In this document: positions 39,001-50,469 of the stretch, in pieces
Layout of the letters: each line of letters opens with the position of its first letter
How positions within the stretch are numbered: position 1 is the first letter of the stretch
Assembly: GCA_973895155.1 (NCBI GenBank)
Contig: OZ316897.1
Span: forward strand, 4,977,976-5,041,975
Length of the DNA: 64,000 bases
Source of the DNA: Marsupella aquatica
Lineage: Eukaryota; Plantae; Marchantiophyta
Direction: 5' to 3'
Made by a program: the position numbers and the translations under genes
Notes under the pieces: model-generated
Seen by the model: the letters and a program-made list of their open reading frames with translations, nothing else
Told to the model about the DNA's origin: nothing
Database searches by the model: none

Positions 39001-41765
39001 GTCACTCGTTCGCATATTGAAGCAGCGAACACCCCAGCTTGAATCCAGCTAACCAAGACACCGGCAACCGATACCGCTGCCAGACCCAAGAGAGGTCGCC
39101 CCCTGGGATCAAGGGACTCCCAGCCGAGACAAAGGCGGACCACCAACATACAGCCACCTGCCAGATCACTAACAGAGACACCATCACAGGTACATGCTGA
39201 GAATGACAAAATTACAATCAATTACATGCACACTGGCAAGACACTGAAGTGCAACCAGCAGCAGGTAGACGATACATTTGCTTTTCAAATTTCAGAGGAC
39301 ATAACTAATGATACACCAGACCCTATCACCGTTGCAGAGGCCCAATCCAGATCAGATTGGCCTCAATGGGAGATCGCTATTAACTCCAAACTAGACTCTC
39401 TCATAAAACGAAAGGTCTTTGGGCCTATTATACCTGCACCCACAGGAACCCACCTCACGGGCTATAAATTCACCTTTGTCAGAAAACGCAATGCCAAAGG
39501 CGAAGTAATCAGGCACAAAGCTCGCCTAGTGGCGAAGGGCTATACCCAGATCCTCGGCCGGGACTTTGACCAAACGTACTCACAAATCATGGATTCAATC
39601 ACCTACAGATATCTTATCGCATTTGCATTACAGAAGAAACTAGTCATGCATATACTTGATGTGATCACAGCCTATCTCTATGGTGTTTTGGACACCACCA
39701 TATACATGAAGGCACCCCCGAAACTGATACAGAGATTAAAGTTCCACATTGAGGGGGAGAAAACCGGTACTAAAACCACAGGTCTACAACCTGGCGCACA
39801 GAAAATCCGCCCTATAGGGGATTCCAATGCAATGATAAAGAAATCAGGACCTCATGTCCCAAGACAGCACGACGTGCTTCACACACCTGAACAGAGGCAT
39901 CTAATTTCCTCACTGCCTCAGTCTGCTACACAGACGACTAAAAGAAAACCAGACCTTGCCGTCCAAGTGCTTCGGTCTATGTACGGCCTGAAGCAAAGTG
40001 GACGCAACTAGTATCAACGGTTCAAAACCGAAATGCTCACATTGGATTTCGTCAACAACGACATTGCGCCCTACTTATTTATTAAACAGGAAGGAACCAA
40101 GTTCGTGATCATCGCAATATATGTAGACGACATCAGCATTTTCGGCACACCAACCACCACAGCAAAAACCATCGACATCCTGAAGTAGACCTTCGAGATG
40201 AGGGACATCGGAGCTCCCACTTATTGTTTAGGCCTGCAATTCAACTACTTACCAAACGGAATCCTCATCAACCAATCAACATATACGGAAAAGGTCCTAC
40301 AACAATTCAACATGGATTCCTGTCACCCGGCGAGCACCCCGATGGATCTAAGATCGTCAGACGCCAAGAAAGACACATTCAGAAGACGCACAGAAGTAGA
40401 ACCGACATTAGGACCAGAGAAGCCCTACTTATCGGCCATTGGTGCACTCATGTACCTCGCCACACAGTCTCGCCCCAACATCTCCTTCGCCGTAAACCTA
40501 CTGGCCCGCCACAGTGCAACACCCACAATCTGCCACTGGAATGGCGTCAAGCATATTTTCCGCTACCTTCGTGGCACCACCGACATGGGGCTATTGTTCT
40601 CCAAGAAATCAGCAAATACACTGGCTGGATACGCTGACGCCGGGTATCTCTCAGACCCTGATGACTCGAAGTCCCAAACCAGGTATGTATTCCTCCAAGG
40701 GGGCACGGCAATATCATGGCGAAGCTGCAAACAAACACTTACAGCAACGTCCTCCAACCATGCATAGATAATAGCGCTATACGAAGCTACAAGGGAGTGC
40801 ATCTGGCTCAGACATCTAATCAATCACATCCAGAAACACAGTGGCAGACAACTCATCGATAAACCAACGATCATCTACAAAGATGACCGCCCCTGCATCG
40901 ACCAAATCGCCAAAGGATTCATAAAAGGTGATCGCATTAAGCACATAGCCCCTAAATTCTTTTACACTCATGAGAAACATGGCAAAAAAGTTGACGTGCA
41001 ATGGATCCCGAGTAAAGATAACAAAGCAGACTTATTCACTAAACCCCTTCCACCAGCGCTCCACCGCGAACACACATAGGGCATAGGAATGCGGAGTATG
41101 CCACTATACTTAAAGAAATTGACTAAGACCCACCCCGAAACGATATCGATCACTTCCCCATCCACGATGACTCGAGCTTCCACGATCGATGTAGACAACG
41201 GGCAACTCCAAAGCTCCACCATCAACTATGTGACATCACGATTCAAACCACGCTGAACTCCACTGCGACAACTGCGGATGAGACATGACACTCAATTAGA
41301 ACATCGACCTTGACTTAGGTCCTTCGTTGCTCTACAAACTCACTGTAGCACTCACGAGGAGTATACACTCCGTATAACGAGTAATTTTTTTTACTTTACA
41401 TAGCGTACACCTTTTTTTTAATGGCACCAACCATATCATAGTAGTGGCACTCTTTCCAGGAGTGAAGCCTGGTTTTAAGGAGACCATACTAGTGTTGGGC
41501 CACACAAAAGGATTACAATTCTAGAGTTAGCTCCCTCACAATTGTGATTGTATGCAACATAGCCAGCATCCAACCAAGGGGGAGTGTTATAACGGATGAC
41601 CTAACCCTAGTTACCTAGCTTAACCCTAGTGTATAGGAGTTAAGGTAGTTACCATAACCGCCAACACTTGTACTATATATGGAGTGGTCTTTACTCCCTA
41701 ACGTAATGAGAAGGTAGTGAGCTTGCTGGTGTATGAGTATCCAAGATTATGTTTGTTCCTTAATA
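36083..41765 (+). mobile_element. Full-length Ty1/copia element, Bianca-like; 181-bp LTRs 36083-36263 and 41585-41765; TSD ACTTT
   Basis: The LTRs differ at 3 C/T positions and have TG...TA ends. PBS CGTTATCAGCA at 36264; PPT CAAGGGGGAG before 41585. TSD at 36078-36082 and 41766-41770. Confidence 0.95.
36646..41125 (+). pseudogene. Copia gag-pol (gag, CCHC, PR, INT, RT, RNase H) with premature stops
   Basis: LQFKALAIDGANYLSW, CFRCGTKGHLQRDC, CIIDNG, LWHNRLGHPG, LHADVCGP, KARLVAKGY, YGLKQSGR, IYVDD, GYADA and ADLFTKPL. Confidence 0.92.
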
Positions 41766-44027
41766 ACTTTGAACCTATATGAGTAGCGCCAGGCGCTAGC
41801 CAATGAACACATAGAAACAATAGCATATGTAATCACTTTGAACATGTATGAGTAGCGCTAGGCGCTGACCAACGATTGTTTAGAATACTTACCAATCGAA
41901 TAAAGTTTCCCCATTGGCGCCAGTGGACAACCCACCATGAAATCCAACCTTGCAACATTTGTAATTTACCAGGATAACAATTCCCTGCCCTCCACCAAGA
42001 ATCAATTTCTTTAGAAATATGATATGCCTCGATAAATGACTTTGCATTCCGCAACCTATCCCATAGGGCACGATGTTCACTATGCTTTCCCTCAGGAATG
42101 CCTTCAATTGAGTGTCTCCAAAATGACTGGAAGAAGTGAAATGCATCTGATCGCTCACGTTCGGGATTAGGAAGTCCCCCAAAGAACACATTCCTCATAG
42201 CATTCCAACCAGCTTGAGCATTGTCCGCCATAAAACCATGAATGTGGACATCGTGAAGACCGTTCTCATCAGCCACCTCCAACATTAAACGCCAAGCCCT
42301 CTCAAGGGATTTTGTATCTTTTGCTTGCAACTCGCAAGTGAATACCGTGCAAAGTGCACGATAGTTATGGTCATAAACATGTACACTAAATTAATGTAAG
42401 CCAATCCTTTGTCATTCGGTGCATCACATCAAAACTTACCCACGCACTCTCAAGAGGCCCTCCGAGACTCATCTTTCGAAGAAGATCCAGACCACAGCCT
42501 TCACCCTTAGTGGACATCTTGAAAATGTGTGCACTCTCATCTCAAGACCCTTGTCCCGACAACAAGAACCTTTGCAGAAATGGGAATGAAATGTTCTTTT
42601 GCATGCTTACCAGAAATTCCAATTCACCTCTTCCTCTCTGGTCTTGACGGATACTCCTCAGAAGGTTCACAAATTTCTGAGGCATTGAGATGACTTGAAG
42701 AGATTCAAAAATCTTGGTCTCTTCTATTGGGATCATGTCTTGAACTGACGACTCACACATTGCCTTAAAAAGAGACCCCTTGACGGTGTTCTTCATACCC
42801 GCCGTAGTTGCACGCGGATTCAAAGTCAAACCTTGTTCCATGTGCATCTTTGCAACTTTCTCTGCCTCTCTTGAAAAAACTTGCTTGCTCGGATGGTTAT
42901 GATCTCCGATGTGAATGGCAAGCCATGACATATGCTTAGCAGACTCGACATCAACTTTGGAAGACGCGTACATGTACAACATCATCGCTAGACAAGACTC
43001 AACACAAAATGGGCGCTCCCAACAATAATGACAGACAATCCCACCCTCAGGAATGAGTTGCCCGACTACGTGTGGTCCAAAAATCTTAGGAACTCTTGCC
43101 CAGAACTTTGCATTCCTCCTTTTATGTTTGGCCCAGAACTAACATGAATTGTTATGACATTCCAGGGAACCCGTGCAAAAGACTTTCCCAAAATCCCACA
43201 CCTTTTTTGGGAGAACATTTGCAGAAGTCGTGACAATCCGAGTCCAATAGTAGCAGTCCTTGCCGCGATCCATGTCCTGGAGGCGTTAACCTTTTGAGCA
43301 AACTCCAACAACTGGAGGCATTTCAAAAACAATATTCCCATTGTACGTGCCAGGCAAGCTTGATACTTGCTCAAATTGGTAATCATTCCTTCGCATGAAT
43401 CTTGAGATCTCACTTTTGATTGTAGAATCGCATCAAGAGCACTCCTCCGGTATTCCTCCCCATGGACCGTCTCCACTTTCACGTTGTTATGAGGAAGACG
43501 AAACTTTGCCAAATCTTCATCATCACTACTATCTGAAAGGTCAATCAAATCGACTTTCAGCTTCCCCTTTGAGGAAGATGGTACCTCAAATTTTCCCAAA
43601 CTAACGATGTCATACTTCTCCCCACCGCACAACCTCCAATACTGAACTCCTTCAATGAAATAAACATCAACCACCACTTCCTCTCCCGAGATAACTATTC
43701 TCTGTATGCTTTCCCTAGGAATTCCAAACCTGGTGGCAAGATATTCCTCAGAAATTTCATCATTTTTCTTAGGAGCGGTGAGAAGGATTGTCACGAGGTC
43801 GCCAGGCGGACAGCAAGAAATTACAATTCGTGAATCCATTGGAAATGGCGTACATAAATGTGAGGCCACCTAAATTCATTTGTGCTGAATAAAACCGTTA
43901 TGAATATGACAAAGTGACCTATTAGCAATGAATGCTTGTCATTTTCTAACGGAATACACATGTCAGCACCTACCAAGAAAAGCTTATTGATCAAAATTTG
44001 AACATAAATTTCAAGGCACACAAATAA

Positions 44028-44570
44028 TAGCGCCTGGCGCTAAGTAAGTGAGATGATAACTTCAGGCTCCAAATGCACATAGTAATGTATGGTTTGACAA
44101 GCATCATCTCAGATGACACGATTGTCCAAATTCCCTTTGATAGCGCCAGGCGCTAGCAAATATGTATCATGTATATCTGGTTCGTAACGGTAACTCCCAA
44201 TGCTAGCGCCAGGCGCTATCAAAGGTGTACTCGATAATCAAACGATAACTTTAACGGTTATCAGGTTAATGTTTATTAGCGCCCGACGCTAGTAAACTAT
44301 TCGAAAAGAAATGTTCTATTCTCGAAAGAATATTATCTTCCGTGTCATATATGAGAGGATAAAGAGACCATAACGATATCTCCCTATGATAGTGCCAGGC
44401 GCTAACGAAACTTTGAGTCAATTTTTGAAGGTTCTAGACTGTAATATTTTACTAGCGCCTGGCGCTAGTAAAAACTTATATGCTAAATTACAATTTCTTG
44501 AATGAATATGATGTTCATGATAGATTCAAGGAACCTTCACAACGGACGCCAATGATAGCGTCGGGCGCTA
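44028..44570. repeat. Cluster of seven TAGCGCCWGGCGCTA palindromes in the divergent intergenic spacer
   Basis: Copies at 44028, 44141, 44204, 44277, 44390, 44453 and 44556. Confidence 0.95.
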
Positions 44571-44937
44571 TCTAATAACGACTCGCTCTTCAACGGTAAC
44601 TTCAACGGACATTTTAGTCGATTCAAGTATAATATTTATGGAGGTAGCAGGCCAATGGTAACTTAAACAGATACCTTTTTATGCACTGTGAGGTCTACTT
44701 GTCAGTCCCAGATTTAATCAACGGTGCATTTCGCTCCAGGTGTCCAACGTCCCCCAACTCACATGCCACCAGAGGTCCAGTCGTCGTACATTTAGGGTAC
44801 TTTGCTTCCTTTGGAATTGTTCCTGCTGAGGCAGATTCTTCTCATTTGCATTGGTGTCATTGAGGGATGCGTGAAGGAGAATCCGCACGATTAAGCGTAC
44901 AAACTCCCAAACAAACTCCCGTATGAAACAAAATTGA

Positions 44938-46509
44938 ATGGGAAAAATCTCCGCATCGCAGTTGGGAGAGTATATCGAAATGGGATCTGGGTTGCCAAAC
45001 CATTCCCAGTCCTCAGAGTCATCATATTCCAGTTGTGTTTCAAGTCGAAGAGTAACTCATTCCACAACGCAGTATCCTCTCAGTCAAGTTGAGCTTCCTT
45101 GTCCAAAACCGAGGCGATTGAAAATGGAACATGTTGGTGAGTTTGCCGTTCAGAATGTCGATGACATTGAGAAATCGGTGGTCGATGTCATTGAAAAGCA
45201 CGTGATGTTGTTTGGAGTTGATGCAAATGGGTTACCAAAGGAGCCTCCTTTATGTCATCTCGTTCACATGGAGGTTGTGCGCACTCTTCAGAGGAACAAT
45301 CAATTGATTGAGAAGCTGAAGGACTCGTTCCGGACATCTGGATACAATTTGTCCATTGGCATGCGCTTTTTCGTTCAACCATCCAATGCTGAAGGTAATC
45401 TGCAGATTTGTACAGATGAAATTCGGGGCACTTGGGATCCTCTTTGGATCATGGAGAACCAGTTGTTCGAAGCGGAATGTGAATCAGACCCCGCTTTCCA
45501 CGTCCTCAAGGACAAAATGTTCTATGTTTTTGATGGAAATCATCGGTTGTTTTCGTGGACTCAAGTCACAAACGAGAGTCTAGAGAATCCTAAGTATCAA
45601 CCTCGCGTGCGATGCACAATTTTCAAAGGAGACAAGGCATCAATCATCGAGATTGAGGCAGCGATGCATATTGTTAACCAGTGAGTTTTCTTTCACCACC
45701 AACTACTCTTCCCAAATTTGATTGTTTCCCTTCAACAATTTCTCCCTTTTTTTAGGTTGTATTGTTAGGTTAGCGCCAGGCGCTATTTCTAATGTCCTCA
45801 ATTTCACAGGACGGGACAGGCAGTGGTAAAGTCTTCTTGGATTTTGGATGCAGACAGAATCAAGAGGATTTTGGCTCATGATCTGGAGTACTACAAACCC
45901 ATAATTGATGAGGTAAATTATGCAAAATTCGAGAAGACGAGGAAAGGAACCCAAAAGGGTTCATGGTTTACCAAGAAGATGCCGATGGAGGCGTTGGTAT
46001 ACATCCTGTGTGAAAACAAGATCAAATCATACTCGCAGCAATTTCAGGTGATGAAGAACCAAGCGGGTATGGCACGCGTGACAGTAAACAGGAAACAGGT
46101 TTACTGGTACCAGCAAAAATTTTCCTGTTACCAGCAAAAAGTTACTATTACCAGGAAAAATAACCATGTTAAAATATTTTCTAAAAAGTCACATTTTCCA
46201 AAAAAATTTAAATTGCAACGTTCTTTGGCTAGGTTTGGGCACTAGCATTACCAGCGCCGGGCGCTGGCAAAAAAAATGAAAAATTTGAAGAAAAAACTTT
46301 TTTTTTCCCAAAAAAATTTCCAAAAAGAATAAAAAAAAATTACCACTTGTTTTCCTGTTAGAAGTTTCTGTTTCCTGTTACTGTTTGCTGTATCCTGTCG
46401 TTTGTAAATACCCCAACCAAGCGAGCAATTCCGGTGCTCCATGGTCGGTCGAAGAGACAAATCTTTGACACAATCAGATGATGAAGGAAGCCACTAAGGA
46501 GTGGACCGT
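44938..46509 (+). pseudogene. ParB/Sulfiredoxin-like domain protein (MULE accessory gene); exon 1 44938-45680, exon 2 from 45810; disrupted by a MITE and a gypsy element
   Basis: VVRTLQ...IEKLKDSFRTSGY...FYVFDGNHRLFSW...VRCTI. The GT-AG intron 45681-45809 joins the exons in frame. The frame continues across the MITE (MKNQASNSGAPW). Confidence 0.7.
46065..46414. mobile_element. MULE-related MITE (350 bp), 8-bp TSD AACCAAGC
   Basis: TSD at 46057-46064 and 46415-46422; ends GGGTAT...ATACCCC; subterminal inverted ACAGTAAACAGGAAACAG. Central palindrome at 46251-46267. Same layout as 20669-21020. Confidence 0.85.
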
Positions 46510-47400
46510 TGTCACGTCATCAGCCTTGGCCTTACTTCGGGCTTCGACTTAAATAGGCACATCCTTGTCAAAATGAGGGTTCGGGCAGGGAGGGAGGCAC
46601 AAAATGCACCCAACTTACATATAATAGCGCTAAGTGCGCCTATCATCATATATGGACACCTCCTAGGTATGATTTGTGTTCCACCGCCGGAACGTACCTC
46701 AATCGATAGCAGGATCGACCCTGGCTTAAGGGCTTCTAAGCCTTCGTATTGTCCGCCTTCGATCCGGATTTTTGTGGTATGGATGCTCAACCCGGGCTCA
46801 CAACCACGTACACGCAAGCTGCACCCCGTGCACTACTTGGGTAGTGCGTTTGGCCAAGCGTTGGCACCTATACACGAGATTCACACTCATACATACGCAC
46901 AAGCATAAAATCTTGATTTATACGAAGGAAATAACGGGAAGGGATTTTACTCCATAAGAGACATATGCGTACACTTAGTTGACCCGAATGCTCTGGAGTG
47001 AACAGGTTCGAGGCCGAGGGGTACACTACAACGGAGCCCGGCTCCGCACTCGCCCAGCAAGCTTAGTCTTACACCCTCCCCTTGGTACTCTCCACTCCCA
47101 GAGGTCGGGAGTCCCCGCACATACCGCGGATGTCCAATACTGAGACTATAACCCCCCTGCCTCTACCGAGGGGTGCACTAAATACTAAGGGCCGAGGAAC
47201 GGAGTGTCCTCCTGCCTGAAGATTCGCTGACTTAGGTCCTAACTAATCTGACTGTTAGGCCAAAAAATGGCTCTGTCTTATTAGAAGATCCTAACCGAGG
47301 CAGGCTGGACAGCATGGCGATGCTGCTCTAACTAGGGCAGGTTCCTGTCCCCATAGCCTGATTTAGCTATTCCTAACCCTATTCTATTCCTACTCCGCCG

Positions 47401-50012
47401 CTAATGCCTGACACGCTTGCCAGAGCCGCCCGAGTGGGAGCGACCATCCCGCTGCTTATGAAGTCTGTCGTTGTCTGCCTTGAGGAGCTGGACCTGGTCC
47501 AGCAGAGATTCGTTCTCTCGCTTCGCCGTGTCCGTCTCCTCCGCTGCCTCCTGGCATGCCTCCTCCAGCTGCTGGGCATCGCTCGTTAGCTTGCCCGCCA
47601 GCTGGTCCTGCTTCTCGGCTTCGGTTTGGAGCCGTGCCACTTCGGCCTATAGCGTGGCTATCTCCACAGTGTCCCGCTAGGCCCGTTCTTCGGCCTCCTC
47701 CAGGTCTTTCTGCCAGATGATAGTTTGATTCTTCAAACTGTCAATCTAGTTCCAGAGTCGTGCAATCTCGGCCTCGTTCCCAGCTTTGGCCTGTTCGGCT
47801 AGGGCGATAAGGGCATGCGCCTTCGCTAACAACTCATCGGCGGCTGCAACTTTGGGTCGTAGTTGCAGAAGCTCAGCCTCTTGAGCTGCAACTTCGTTCT
47901 TTAAGTATACGGACTCCACCCGGTACCGCTCTATCCTCTGAAGGGCCTCTGACTTGGCCCGACCTGCCTTTACTGTGGCAACCAACTCCTGATTGAAGAA
48001 ACATGCTACCTTCTGGGCCATGAATTCCCCGGTATCCCTGGCAATTTGATGAGAGAAATCTCCCAAAAGCCCCTTCATAAATGTACCCGGTACAAAGAGT
48101 TCCGGGTGGTCCAGGTTGTGCCTGTCCGGAGTTGGGCACGGGCAGACGTCAACACGCGCGGGGGCCGGGGCAGTGACATCCAGCCCTGGGGACGTAGTGT
48201 TGGAAGGGGTTGGAGTGTCCTCCTGCAGCAATGTTCGGTTCTCCGGAATAGCCACCGGTGGGTCTTTGGGAGACCCGAGCTTGAGTAAGGCCTCCGCTGT
48301 ACCAACTTTTGTACTTGGCCCGGCCTGTTGGATCGCATCTAGGGTTGCGATTACCGACCCATCCGGTACCTCCTCGGTCACGACTACAGCTACTTGTGGA
48401 GGTGGGGTGGGTGAAGGCTGCGTGTCCGCTGGACTTCGGGCCTCAGGTTGGGGCCGTCTCTCCAAGGCCGGGAAAACCCACCTAGTTGGGACCAGCTTTG
48501 TAACCTTGACACGGGGAAGGGTTCGTCGATCTCGATGTGGCTAGCAAAATATGCCTTCCCGCCAATGTATAGCGTCTTTCTTCGCCACTCCATCTCTTCA
48601 TGGAATTTCTTAGCGAAGTACGACGCCCACTTCCTAGGTCGATAGTTCTCGACCTGGATAACTTGGGCAGCGGAGATCTCCCCCCAGGGTTCCATCATGT
48701 GGAGGGCGTACCTTTGGAACTCCAGTCGCTCAGCTATCTTGGGGATGAGGCAGGTCCTCATCACAAACCCGTTGTCCACTGCTCCCTTAGAGGGAAAACT
48801 CGAGGATTGGTACTTGGCTCCCTTGCCCCCGAGAGCCCGTGATTCGATCGGTGGTCACCTTCGGGTAACCCGAAGATCATCTTGAGCCGTTCCTTTGTGA
48901 GGGACATATTCCTTCCCCGCAGCTGAGTATGTTGACGTGCGTCATCATAATTCTTGACAATTCCGTCATGTCCTCCCCGTAGTACTTGCAAGTGTTCCAG
49001 GGGAGAGAGGCGAGGTGCTCGAATCTCTTAGTCTTCAGGTACACTGCATGTTTGGGATGGAGGATGTTTTATGCATGTTTTCCCCCATGCGGTGCATTAT
49101 CACCTTGGCCGCGGCTACCTTGGCCAATGGTAACCCGGATGCAGCGGCTGGTTCCTTCCTCTTCTTCCCCCGTGACTGGCTCAGGGAGGGTGACACCTCC
49201 CCATCCTCTCGATCGGGCATAGGTAGTGCTACTGCCATTAGTATTGGGCCCGGGGCGGCCACGGTCATCGTGTTGTCTGCTGGAGCCGCTCCTTGGGTCT
49301 GAGCATGGGGAGGGGACGATGTAGTATCGGCCCCCTGAGTGTTTGCTCCTCTGGGCCGCCTGAGCAAGGGTGGGGTAGCCTCATCGTCGTCGCTAAGGTC
49401 CACAACATTGATGATGGAGCGTACTTGTACTAGCGGGGCGATCGGCGGTGGGGGTTGGCTAGGCTGAGGCTGAGACTGAGACTGAAGCTGAGCCTGAGTC
49501 TGCGTTGGTGCGGGTACGGGTATGTGGTCGACTGGGCCGGCACCGGCGGTTGAGGATCTAGTTCCCATGAAGCTCTGTAGGTGCTGGTAGAAGTTCTTCG
49601 AAGCAAGTGCAGACGGCCTTGTCGAATGGGTAGTGTTGGACTCATTGTTGATGATAGCCCGAACCTGAGCAGGGATGTGGTCGAAGTGATGTCATTGCAA
49701 GTCGATCGTACCCGGGATATTGAAGACCTCATCCGGAAGCCAAAGCAATGCTTCCCAGAAACCGATATATTTGTCTCCGTTGAAGAAGTACCCAGATACC
49801 TCTGCTGGTCGGTAAAGCTCGCTCTGAGACGGGTAGTCAAAGTTAAGGATATAGTGGTCTCGTCCTACTAGGCGGATGGCTCTCTCGTACTCGCGTTCGA
49901 TTTTGTATCGGCGCGGGTTGGCGTGTTTCAATGAGTCGGCCAAGTGTCTTCCGGTAGATAGGAACTGCGTCCAGAATCGAATGGCCAAACTAGAGAGGAT
50001 CGTGTGCGACAT
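47401..50012 (-). pseudogene. LTR-internal ORF, copy in the 3' LTR
   Basis: ORF pieces 49692-50012, 49035-49568, 48390-48779, 47746-48465 and 47401-47640 are homologous to 32319-34929. Confidence 0.8.
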
Positions 50013-50469
50013 TCAGAGGAGATAGCAGTGGCGACTAAGAGAGAACGAGAGAGCTGGGGTTGAATCTGGCGCGTGGACTGATGGACTGGTGCACTACAAA
50101 GGGTCGACTCCCCTTTTATACCTTGAGGGCTTGTCGATCACCCGACGTCTCCTCGTTGCCTATAGGCCCCTCCACGCTCGCAACCCGGGCGTGCGAATGG
50201 CGACACGCCGCCAGTCCGAACATGAATTCCCCTTATTGACTAATGATTTTCTACTCATAATGGTTACCTAAATACTATCGTTATGCTAATAATAGTGGCC
50301 TAAGATACCCCTAACGCACGTGCTAAGTGCGATCCAGACTGAATTACTCATTACTCACCGTACCGGCGGCGTCACATAGCTCCCTGCTTAATTGTGAAGC
50401 GTCCTCGCGAACATCACTTTCGGCGTTGTCGTCTTGATGGTGGTACTTCTTTACACGATCGTAACTGAC

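Larger units (their letters stand above)
30836..43869 (-). pseudogene. MULE transposase (GCM/WRKY-like Zn finger, DDE, SWIM); pieces 43869-41893, 35986-35829, 32189-30836
   Basis: GCM-like CTGSLECHNNSC...CHYC...C...GDHNHP; D1 in WVSFDVMH (~42428); D2 in GFMADNAQAGWNAMRNVF...DAFH (~42223); E in GGSESSHASM (~35936); SWIM YWVQICCFPCCSCKDFY..PCKH. The intron 41892-35987 holds the Copia. Confidence 0.85.
30659..46509 (-). mobile_element. Large Mutator-like (MULE) DNA transposon, copy 1, with nested insertions; right end not seen in the window
   Basis: Left terminus GAGGCTTTACACCATGCCAGGAAACAGG is shared with MITE 20669. Contains the transposase (-), a divergent ParB-like gene (+) and palindrome clusters. 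Confidence 0.8.

Noticed and set aside
44028-44570. CRISPR array or bacterial REP/parS contamination
   Set aside because: Spacing is irregular (63-113 bp), the flanking genes have spliceosomal introns, and the region is nested among plant TEs.
45823-46245. 140-aa ORF as an independent gene
   Set aside because: It is exon 2 of the ParB-like gene reading into the MITE.
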